Positions 15,180 through 21,788 are shown, counted from the stretch's first letter. The stretch: DNA of 23,103 nt from an uncultured bacterium (GCA_964466715.1 CAYXOC010000057.1:1-23103); one strand, 5' to 3'. A program made the numbers and translations. Notes: generated by a model from the letters alone, not told the origin.

Positions 15180-15650
15180 ATGTCCGACCCCTTCATCAGC
15201 TCCATCGAGTTCCGGGAGACCCCTGCCGACACCATCATCGTCTGCTGCTCGGACGGCCGCACCCGCCGCCACATTGCCGAATTCCTCGAGAAGCACGGCA
15301 TCGAAGCCGATATCTACGCCGTCCCCGGCGGGCCGCTCGTCCTGGTGCGCAGCGTCGAAGTCTTCCAGGACTCCATGCTCGCCCAGAAGAGGATCAGATT
15401 CCTCACGGATGAGCACAACACCAAGCGGATCATCCTGATCAGCCACGGGAGCGAGGATGAGTCGTGTCAGTGCGGGATGGCGAAACACCTGTGGCCCGGA
15501 CTGACGCCGTCGGAACGGGCGAAGAGACAGAGGGCCGAACTGGTCGAAGCCGCGAGACGCCTCCATGGCGTACTGTCCCTGCCGGTCGAGTGCTGGTACG
15601 CGAACGTGATCGGTGGGATGGTGCAGTTCGAGCGGATAGCGCACGAGTAG
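15180..15650 (+). CDS. Hypothetical protein (156 aa) with conserved Cys/His cluster; function unknown
   Basis: MSDPFISSIEFRETPADTIIVCCSDGRTRRH...ILISHGSEDESCQCGMAKHLWPG...PVECWYANVIGG. Start refined to ATG 15180 (CCAGGAG 7 nt upstream); the track start is TTG/ATG 15123. I recognise no family. Confidence 0.65.
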   Translation: MSDPFISSIEFRETPADTIIVCCSDGRTRRHIAEFLEKHGIEADIYAVPGGPLVLVRSVEVFQDSMLAQKRIRFLTDEHNTKRIILISHGSEDESCQCGMAKHLWPGLTPSERAKRQRAELVEAARRLHGVLSLPVECWYANVIGGMVQFERIAHE

Positions 15651-15677
15651 CCATCTCGCAGGGCAGCAAGAAACGGA

Positions 15678-15696
15678 AAGGGCGGGTCCCCCGCCC
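15678..15696. terminator. Perfect 8-bp GC hairpin between convergent genes; likely terminator for the minus-strand radical-SAM transcript, possibly bidirectional
   Basis: AGGGCGGG-tcc-CCCGCCCT. On the minus strand it is followed by a U-rich TTCCGTTTCTT. On the plus strand there is no T-tract. Confidence 0.5.
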
Positions 15697-15698
15697 TC

Positions 15699-15783
15699 CA
15701 ATCCACAATCCCAAGTCCAAAATCCGCAGTCGGCAATCCGAAATCCACAATCCACAATCCGCAATCCGCAATCCGCAATCAGT
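15699..15783. repeat. Heptanucleotide tandem array, ~12 units of AATCCRC (minus strand GYGGATT), abutting the radical-SAM stop codon
   Basis: The array reads aatccac aatccca agtccaa (a)aatccgc agtcggc aatccga aatccac aatccac aatccgc aatccgc aatccgc aatcagt. Strict 7-nt periodicity is broken only by one extra A. Track ORFs MRIADCGLWI... are translations of this array. Coordinates are +/-1 nt. Confidence 0.7.
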
Positions 15784-16723
15784 AGCTGTTCTTGTTCTTC
15801 AGGATCCACTTCCCGATTTCGAACTTGCGCTTCTTGATCTCGGGCGAGACGCTTCCGATCATCCAGCAGTTGCGACCGCAGTTGCGCGCCAACTTGCGGA
15901 CCTCCTCGGCGCGGGGACTGGTCCAGATCTCCTCGAAGGTCTGCTCCTTGATGTTCCCCATGCTCTCGTCGAGCACGTTGCACGGCTTGATATCTCCCCA
16001 GGGCTCGCAGAGGAAGATATCCTGCCCCATGTTGCACGGGAGCAGGCGATCATTGCCGTGGACGTAGTTGATGATCCCGTGGTTGAAGTAAGCGCGATAC
16101 CAGTTCTTCGGCTTCTTGGTCTTGAACAACTCGCGGATCAGCTTGCGGACGTTCTCCGAGACCTCTTCTTTCTTGGTGATCGCGTTGTCGAACTTGTGGA
16201 AGTAGTAAGCATTGTGAACGACGGCGGTGGCGAACTCGACTTCGAGGTGCTTGGCAAGCTCGAACAACTCCAGGACGTCGGCGGAGTTCCGGTCGGAAAT
16301 GGTGATGCCGAAGCCGATGTCCTTCATCCCCATGCGCTTGAGCTGCAGGAGCGTGCGCAGGCCGTGGTCGAAGCCGTCCTTGATGCCGCGGAGCTCATCG
16401 TTCGCCGCGGGAAGCCCCTCAATCGAGATCCGTACGCCGATGTCGCCGCAGAACTTCTCCGCCAGCGCAACTATCTTCTCCGTATAGTAGCCGTTCGTGC
16501 TGATGCAGATGCGCTTGCACTTCGGCTTGACGATCCTGACGATTTCCTCCAACTCCTCGCGCAGGAAAGGTTCGCCGCCGGTGATGTTGAGGAAGTCCAG
16601 GTTGGGGAACCTCTCGTAGTACTTCGGGTCCATCTCCTGCTCGGGTGTGGAGGGATACTGCCAGGTGTTGCACATATGGCACCGCGCGTTGCAGCGGTAC
16701 GTTGCTACCAGAATGCCTTCCAT
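15779..16723 (-). CDS. Radical SAM enzyme with C-terminal Cys-rich auxiliary (twitch/SPASM-like) region
   Basis: The CNARCHMC (Cx3Cx2C) motif lies at residues 11-18 and ITGGEPFL is present. The C-terminal cysteines are ...LPCNMG...FLCEPWGDIKPCNV...NCGRNCW. ATG 16723 has AGAGG 7 nt upstream. Confidence 0.9.
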   Translation of the reverse strand: MEGILVATYRCNARCHMCNTWQYPSTPEQEMDPKYYERFPNLDFLNITGGEPFLREELEEIVRIVKPKCKRICISTNGYYTEKIVALAEKFCGDIGVRISIEGLPAANDELRGIKDGFDHGLRTLLQLKRMGMKDIGFGITISDRNSADVLELFELAKHLEVEFATAVVHNAYYFHKFDNAITKKEEVSENVRKLIRELFKTKKPKNWYRAYFNHGIINYVHGNDRLLPCNMGQDIFLCEPWGDIKPCNVLDESMGNIKEQTFEEIWTSPRAEEVRKLARNCGRNCWMIGSVSPEIKKRKFEIGKWILKNKNSY

Positions 16724-16725
16724 AG

Positions 16726-16851
16726 CTAACCTCTTTCGCCCCAGCTCGAGGCCTGGGGAGTCTGCTCTAAGGATACATTATCGGAAGGAATAGTGCAAGA
16801 ATACAGGAGACAGGAGCCGGAAGTCGGAATCCGAGACGAGGCCGGTCCCAT
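16726..16851 (-). CDS. Putative 41-aa Cys-containing small peptide ORF (not in track), translationally coupled to the radical-SAM gene; candidate precursor peptide
   Basis: I manually translated the minus strand to MGPASSRIPTSGSCLLYSCTIPSDNVSLEQTPQASSWGERG. Tandem AGGAGTCAGGAGTCAGC precedes the ATG, so there is an SD 5 nt upstream. The TAG stop lies 2 nt before the radical-SAM ATG, and the radical-SAM SD is embedded in the ORF's last codons. The ORF begins 22 nt after the membrane-protein stop. Against it: codon third positions are T-rich, atypical for this genome, and small ORFs arise by chance in high-GC DNA. Confidence 0.3.
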   Translation of the reverse strand: MGPASSRIPTSGSCLLYSCTIPSDNVSLEQTPQASSWGERG

Positions 16852-16873
16852 GCTGACTCCTGACTCCTGACTT

Positions 16874-19012
16874 CTACTGCATGAAGCTGTACGTCGGCAC
16901 CTTCAGTATCCACCCAACCACCGGCCAGAGGCACCCAATGATGAAGTCGCCGAGCAGCAGGCCGATGAAGAAGTCCATCGCGACCCTGTAGAGCTTCATC
17001 CCGCCGTACCTGAGCACCAGGAACTTGGCGAGCCATGCGATGAACATCGGAAGCCAGAGCGTGCCGATCGAATAGCTGGTCGAGATGGCGAATCCCAGTG
17101 GATGGAACGGCCACCATCCGACCCTGAGCTTCATGAAGTAGAGGAAATAGGCGAACACCATCCCCCACCCGATCGCCAGCGTCGCAAGGATATCCGGCTG
17201 CTTCGGGACAACCAGCCAGTTGTGCAGCCGCCCGACGAACGCCTGGGAGCCGAAGTACGTTATGTGCCCCGCCATCCCCACTGATGCGCCTCTCGCATAA
17301 CCGAACTTGAGGAAGATCCAGAACCCGCTGATCACTGCGGCGACCGATGCAAGGCCGAGCGCAATCGCCATGTATCTCTGCGGAGTCTCGGTACGATGGG
17401 CGAGCTTGAAGCCGTCGAGCTGATATGCTATCGGGATGCTCCTGTAGGCTCGGTTGAACCAGAACAGCCAGTTCATGCTCGCGAGCTGCTGTGGAGAGAA
17501 TGCCGCGGGTCCGAGCGCGCCGATCAATACGACCTCCGGGCCGATGCCGTGCAGGTCGTGGGCCGGCGGCCCGAACTCGGCGTGCATCTTGGCGATCGCC
17601 AGCGCGAGGAAGAAGTACATCACCACGACGGCGACGGCTATGTACCATCCCATGCCGATCACCTGGAAGAACCACATCAGGGCGATCAGACCGACTGCGA
17701 TCCCGAGAAACGCGGTCCGATATCGCATCGGCCCGTTCGCCTCATCAGGATCATAGTGACCGTGGAAGGCGGCCCGATAAACCTTCGCCAGATGCTTCCT
17801 CGCCGACCATAGCGCGAACACGGCGACGAGGTAGTACGCTCCGAGCGCCTGCTGGTCCATGAACGGAAATGTCGGCGTAGACTGATAGATGCCGTACATG
17901 TCGCCGAAGATGCGGATCACCCTCCACATGACGTAGAAGAACCAGCAGGAGAAAAGCATATCGAGCGGGAGCAGGAAGCTCAGCCCGATGCCGTAGGGAT
18001 AGAACGAGATCGGCGTCCATCCGATCGCGCTCCACGGACGACCGGGCATGAGCGGCGAGATGTCCCACATCTTCACGTTCAGAGTCGGCAGCGACGGATA
18101 GAACAACTGCATGCCGTTGAGGATCGAGATGCCCGCCGCGATGGAAAACCCCGCCCACATCAGGCGGCTGCGGAAGATGCGCTGCCCCGGCTCCGTGATC
18201 TGGAGAGGAAGCTCGACGATCGGGAAGAGCAGCTTCTCATTCTGGATCCACTGCTGGCGGACGAGCGTATTGATGCAGTACATCACCGCCAGCATGATCA
18301 GGATCACGGCGGACCAGACTCCGATCGGCAGGAGCCAGTGGCGCATGATGCTCCATGTCAGGACGGTGTGTCCCTCGTACCAGCCGCGGACCGCCTCCGG
18401 GTCGCTCACGCTGATCCAACTCGGGATGTACGGAAGCATGATCTGCGCCCAGCGGTTCTCCGGCGTGGCGAACCGGAAGGGATAGGTGATCATCGGCATC
18501 AGGACGTCGAGGAAATCGATGCTCACGATGGCTGTGGAGACGGTGAGCATCGCGTAGATGACCAGGAGTTCCCCGCGCTCGAGGGCAGCGGAACCCCTCC
18601 CCGACCCTCCCCGCCACGGGGAGGGAGTTGATACTCCATCCCCGCCACGCAGAGCGTTGAATGAGGGAAATGCCGCCCCATCCACACCACCTGGAGGGTT
18701 GGGGGAGGATGATGCTACCCCCTCCCCGTGGCGGGGAGGGCTGGGGAGGGGTCCGATCCTCCCGATCAGGCTATTGACCAGCGTCAGGACTATCAGAAAG
18801 AGGATCGTATTGGCAAAAAGCGAGATCGTCGACGGATACGGGCCGGCGCCGGAGTTGCTCATGTTCCGGAAGCCGACCTCCATGTAGAGCAGGAAGTAGA
18901 CGTTGACCGGCACGAGGATCGTCCCGAGGATGATCGCTCGGTAGTGGCGCAGGAACCCCGTGAGCCTGCGCTTCTCGACTTGCCCTTGCATCTCTCTGAT
19001 ACCGCTCTCCAT
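16874..19012 (-). CDS. Large polytopic integral membrane protein (712 aa, >12 predicted TM helices), function unknown, with an in-frame low-complexity insert
   Basis: Hydrophobic helices occur throughout, e.g. ILGTILVPVNVYFLLYMEV and FFIGLLLGDFIIGCLWPVVGWIL. Residues ~88-150 (PLPSPPRHGEGV...STPSPWRGGSGRG) are Pro/Gly-rich and encoded by a TIR-bearing palindromic element. The start is ATG 19012, or ATG 18991 as an alternative. Confidence 0.8.
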   Translation of the reverse strand: MESGIREMQGQVEKRRLTGFLRHYRAIILGTILVPVNVYFLLYMEVGFRNMSNSGAGPYPSTISLFANTILFLIVLTLVNSLIGRIGPLPSPPRHGEGVASSSPNPPGGVDGAAFPSFNALRGGDGVSTPSPWRGGSGRGSAALERGELLVIYAMLTVSTAIVSIDFLDVLMPMITYPFRFATPENRWAQIMLPYIPSWISVSDPEAVRGWYEGHTVLTWSIMRHWLLPIGVWSAVILIMLAVMYCINTLVRQQWIQNEKLLFPIVELPLQITEPGQRIFRSRLMWAGFSIAAGISILNGMQLFYPSLPTLNVKMWDISPLMPGRPWSAIGWTPISFYPYGIGLSFLLPLDMLFSCWFFYVMWRVIRIFGDMYGIYQSTPTFPFMDQQALGAYYLVAVFALWSARKHLAKVYRAAFHGHYDPDEANGPMRYRTAFLGIAVGLIALMWFFQVIGMGWYIAVAVVVMYFFLALAIAKMHAEFGPPAHDLHGIGPEVVLIGALGPAAFSPQQLASMNWLFWFNRAYRSIPIAYQLDGFKLAHRTETPQRYMAIALGLASVAAVISGFWIFLKFGYARGASVGMAGHITYFGSQAFVGRLHNWLVVPKQPDILATLAIGWGMVFAYFLYFMKLRVGWWPFHPLGFAISTSYSIGTLWLPMFIAWLAKFLVLRYGGMKLYRVAMDFFIGLLLGDFIIGCLWPVVGWILKVPTYSFMQ
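18594..18751. repeat. ~158-bp MITE-like element with 32-bp imperfect terminal inverted repeats, inserted in-frame within the membrane-protein CDS
   Basis: Left arm CCCCTCCCCGACCCTCCCCGCCACGGGGAGGG (18594-18626). The right arm reverse-complements to CCCCTCCCCAGCCCTCCCCGCCACGGGGAGGGGG (18718-18751). Each arm is itself a hairpin (CCTCCCCG-CCAC-GGGGAGG). The reading frame continues through on both strands; track ORF 18558-18887(+) is the mirror translation. Confidence 0.5.
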
Positions 19013-19019
19013 ACCAGCG

Positions 19020-19049
19020 AGTATAGCGGTCAGGGCTCCGATAGGTCAA
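19020..19049 (-). promoter_or_regulatory. Possible sigma70-type promoter giving a leaderless or near-leaderless mRNA for the membrane-protein gene
   Basis: On the minus strand: TTGACC (revcomp of 19044-19049), 18-bp spacer, TATACT (revcomp of 19020-19025), 7 nt, then ATG 19012. There is no SD upstream of the ATG. Confidence 0.35.
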
Positions 19050-19126
19050 GAAACGCGTCACAAGTCGCGTTCATCCTGTTTAGCGGATCACGGCATCCGG
19101 GCGATAGAGAATATCGAGGGCGCGGG

Positions 19127-19154
19127 TTGCGCGCCCGAAGAGTTGTGGTATAAT
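19127..19154 (+). promoter_or_regulatory. Strong sigma70-type promoter with perfect extended -10 (TGgTATAAT)
   Basis: -35 TTGCGC at 19127-19132, 16-bp spacer, TG at 19146-19147, TATAAT at 19149-19154. It would drive the small ORF at 19192 and, through a ~390-nt leader, the phosphodiester-glycosidase gene. Confidence 0.55.
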
Positions 19155-19191
19155 CAACCCAGCAATCCAATACCGAAAGGAGGCGTCTGCA

Positions 19192-19311
19192 GTGGAGTCC
19201 ATGTTTCCAGGAATCCGTCAGCACAGAGTACGTCGCAACTGCTACTCTGTGGAACACATTGCCCGCCTCGTTTCGGCAGCTCTCGTGCATGATTGCAGCC
19301 GGATAGTCTAG
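19192..19311 (+). CDS. Putative 39-aa small ORF (uORF or small protein) downstream of the strong promoter
   Basis: AAAGGAGG lies 8 nt before GTG 19192. The translation is MESMFPGIRQHRVRRNCYSVEHIARLVSAALVHDCSRIV, with the stop TAG at 19309-19311. It is not in the track because it is under 60 aa. Confidence 0.35.
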   Translation: MESMFPGIRQHRVRRNCYSVEHIARLVSAALVHDCSRIV

Positions 19312-19546
19312 GGCCTTGCGCCCGTCCGACGCCCACGAGGGGCCAGGCTACCGTGCACAGATAGAGCCGCCGAATCCGTTCCCGACTCTACATCCGCCTC
19401 AGGAAGATCGAGGGATGAGCATTCCTCAGCGAGATCCTGCCCGAACAGCGAGATCCACCGCATGATGCGAGGATGATTGACGGCTCCGCTTGCCTAACAC
19501 TCCTGTAGGGAACAACCCAGTTCTCGCAGGAGGAACACGCACGCAA

Positions 19547-20689
19547 ATGGCACGACGCATTATCTTCGCACTCATCCTCATCGCTCTCTGCCTGACAGCC
19601 GGACTCGCGGGGGCACAATCCGACCGGAAATACCCCGAGGTAGGGCCCGGTCTCCAGTACACCCATGAGCGTATCGGAAACGTCCCCTGGGCGACGCACA
19701 TCCTGAAGATCGACCGCAGGGTCACGGACTTCCGATTGATATCGACCCTGGCGCAGGGCACGATCTACGGGCTGAGCGGTATCAGCAAGCACGTGGCCGC
19801 GGTCCCGGCGGATCTCGGCACGCCGGTTGCCGCCATCAACGGCGACTTCTACCGGATCGCCGTCGGGCCTTATCAGGGCGATCCGACCGGCCTGCAGATC
19901 ATGCAGGGCGAACTGGTGAGCGCTCCGACGGGAACAAGCTTCTGGATCGATCCGTCGGGCAAGCCGCGGATCGGAGAGGTTCGCTCGCAACTCAACGTCG
20001 CCTGGCCGAACGGGAGCGCGACTCCGTTCGGACTGAACGAGGAACGCAGCGACGACGCGGCGGTCCTCTACACGCCGACGCTCGGGCCGTCCACGCGCAC
20101 CGTCGGCGGACGGGAACTGATCCTGGAGCAGGTTCCCGGCGAGCCGTGGCTGCCGCTCCGTCCGGGTAAGACGTACAAGGCCCGCGTGCGCGAGGTCAAA
20201 GACAGCGGTGACACGCCGCTGTCCGCCGACACGATGATCCTGTCGCTCGGGCCGAAGCTGACGGAGGCTGTCCCGGCCGTGAAAGCGGGCGACGTCCTGC
20301 GGCTCACGATTGCGACTTCACCAGACCTGACCGGAGTAGACACGGCGATCGGCGGGCATCCGATACTCGTCGCCAACGGCAAGCGCATGCAGTTCGGGCC
20401 GAACGATCCACGCCATCCGCGAACGATGATCGGGTGGAACTCGCGCTATCTGTACTTCGTGGTGGTCGATGGACGGCAGCCGGGCCTCTCCGCGGGGATG
20501 ACGAACGCGGAGATGGCGTCCCTGATGCGAAGGCTCGGGTGCACGGACGCGCTCAACCTCGACGGCGGCGGGTCGTCGACCTTCTGGCTCGGCGGCATGG
20601 TGATGAACGTTCCGTCCGATGGTCGCGAGCGGTCGATCGCCAATGCGCTGGTCCTCCTGCGCAAGCCCGCCGTGTCCGCTGCCGAGTAG
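19547..20689 (+). CDS. Secreted phosphodiester glycosidase family protein (NAGPA 'uncovering-enzyme'-like domain)
   Basis: The C-terminal HPRTMIGWNSRYLYFVVVDGRQPGLSAGMTNAEMASLMRRLGCTDALNLDGGGSSTFW is characteristic of the phosphodiester glycosidase domain. Start refined to ATG 19547 (MARRIIFALILIALCLTAGLAGAQS, a Sec signal peptide). GCAGGAGGAA lies upstream. The track start is TTG 19490. Confidence 0.85.
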   Translation: MARRIIFALILIALCLTAGLAGAQSDRKYPEVGPGLQYTHERIGNVPWATHILKIDRRVTDFRLISTLAQGTIYGLSGISKHVAAVPADLGTPVAAINGDFYRIAVGPYQGDPTGLQIMQGELVSAPTGTSFWIDPSGKPRIGEVRSQLNVAWPNGSATPFGLNEERSDDAAVLYTPTLGPSTRTVGGRELILEQVPGEPWLPLRPGKTYKARVREVKDSGDTPLSADTMILSLGPKLTEAVPAVKAGDVLRLTIATSPDLTGVDTAIGGHPILVANGKRMQFGPNDPRHPRTMIGWNSRYLYFVVVDGRQPGLSAGMTNAEMASLMRRLGCTDALNLDGGGSSTFWLGGMVMNVPSDGRERSIANALVLLRKPAVSAAE

Positions 20690-20845
20690 CCGTCTCGGAC
20701 GGCCGGCTCAAGGTTCGCGCCGAATCGGCCGGGTAACAATTGCTCGACGCCGGGCATCTCGTTCAGACCCTCTCAGCGTGATCTCACGCCGAGAAGGCCG
20801 AGTTCGCGTCTTCGGAGATCCGGTTCCTGGTGGGCAAAGGAAAAA

Positions 20846-20878
20846 GGGCCCGGTTGTCGAGGCCGGACCCTTCGTTCT
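20846..20878 (+). terminator. Weak hairpin plus T-rich tail ~150 nt downstream of the phosphodiester-glycosidase gene
   Basis: GGGCCCGG-(9 nt)-CCGGACCC with one mismatch, followed by TTCGTTCT. It is flanked by an A-run upstream, so it may act bidirectionally. Confidence 0.3.
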
Positions 20879-20960
20879 AGGAGGTACATAGGTATGCCGG
20901 ATACATACTTGCCACTACATATCATCGGCGTTGTCGTGGCCGATCTTTAGGCCTGTCCTG

Positions 20961-20996
20961 AAAAAAAGCGAGGCGGCGTCCCGAGACGCCCGCCCC
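20961..20996 (-). terminator. Rho-independent terminator for the minus-strand hypothetical gene 21034-21696
   Basis: The minus strand reads GGCGGGCGTC-tcgg-GACGCCGCC followed by TCGCTTTTTTT. The plus strand shows AAAAAAA at 20961-20967 then the hairpin. Confidence 0.6.
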
Positions 20997-21033
20997 GCTC
21001 TCTTCTACCCATGTTGCACTTCCAACCATCCAC

Positions 21034-21696
21034 CTACGCGGCCATCGCGCCTCTCGCTGCGATCGTCGCCTCGAGCGACTCGTTGCCGATCTCGTCGGCC
21101 TTCGTGCCGCGGTAGCTGACCACATACGTGTAGTCCGCGCCCGGACCGGTGATCCGGTCGATGTAGGGCGATGCGCTCTGGAATGCGATCAGTTCGTAGC
21201 GCTCATCGCCGGTCCGCTTGCGGTAGATGTTGCAGCCCTTCGCCCACGACGGCTTCCTGTTGATCCGCTCGTTCAGCGGCTCGGTGCCGAAGTGGACCTT
21301 GACGCTGCCCGGAGCCGTCTCGACGAAGATGCCCGGGATCTCGCTTCCGACCGTCGCCAGGGTGCGAACCGTGTCGCTCCTCTCCGGCAGGCCCAGATTG
21401 CTCCGAAGGGTGTTCGTCATCCCCGGATGGTTGTTGATCCGGCGAACGAGCGGCCGCAGGACTGCGATCGCCGAAGCGCGGAAGTCCTTCTTGGTGCTCG
21501 ACTTGGTGGCCAGATCGTTCTTCGCCGCCTGGTACGCCGTCACCGCGGCGCCGAAAGCCGCCGATACGCCCTCGATCGGCGCGAGATCGTCCGGAGCCAG
21601 ACCGACTTCGGCGGTATGCGCGCTGAGTACGGTCACGAAGTTTGCGAGCCAAAGCTTGAACTGCTCATCGTTTGAGGACACGTAGTCCGTAGACAT
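21034..21696 (-). CDS. Hypothetical protein (220 aa), no recognisable domain
   Basis: Clean ATG 21696 with a perfect RBS (TTAGGAGGTATGTACT-ATG). Terminated by the hairpin/T-run at 20961-20996. It is preceded upstream by the 21-bp repeat array. Confidence 0.75.
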   Translation of the reverse strand: MSTDYVSSNDEQFKLWLANFVTVLSAHTAEVGLAPDDLAPIEGVSAAFGAAVTAYQAAKNDLATKSSTKKDFRASAIAVLRPLVRRINNHPGMTNTLRSNLGLPERSDTVRTLATVGSEIPGIFVETAPGSVKVHFGTEPLNERINRKPSWAKGCNIYRKRTGDERYELIAFQSASPYIDRITGPGADYTYVVSYRGTKADEIGNESLEATIAARGAMAA

Positions 21697-21788
21697 AGTA
21701 CATACCTCCTAACCGGAGAGATTCTGCTCCCCCTGATCGATCGGCGATCGATGCCGGCGGCCCCGGTCCCTCGTGTTCTCACACCCGC

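Noticed and set aside
15180-15650. Annotation of the 156-aa protein as a beta-carbonic anhydrase
   Set aside because: Its motifs are CCSDGR and H-x6-C-x-C-G at the wrong spacing, whereas the beta-CA signature is CxDxR...HxxCG, and the protein is too short. The resemblance is probably superficial.
15699-15783. Cyanobacterial STRR-type heptamer repeats (CCCCART family)
   Set aside because: The unit AATCCRC is a near circular permutation of STRR1, but STRRs are specific to low-GC heterocystous cyanobacteria, whereas this window is ~63% GC with no cyanobacterial gene signatures.
14955-16729. Long ORFs 14955-16037(-) and 15464-16729(+) spanning the convergent flotillin/hypothetical and radical-SAM genes
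   Set aside because: They read through a terminator hairpin and the heptad array (translations ADCGLRIADCGF..., IHNPQSAIRNPQS...). They conflict with the well-supported genes on the opposite strand.
16767-17675. 302-aa minus-strand ORF overlapping the 3' part of the membrane-protein gene in another frame
   Set aside because: It lies wholly inside the 712-aa membrane-protein ORF, which has coherent TM-helix periodicity, and has an Arg/Gly/Asp-rich nonsense composition. I initially considered it the gene between the membrane protein and the radical-SAM gene, but the true intergenic gap is only 16724-16873.
19388-19990. 200-aa minus-strand ORF across the intergenic region and the NAGPA gene start
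   Set aside because: It overlaps the signal peptide and N-terminal region of the well-supported plus-strand gene. It has no RBS and an Arg/Asp-rich antisense-type composition.
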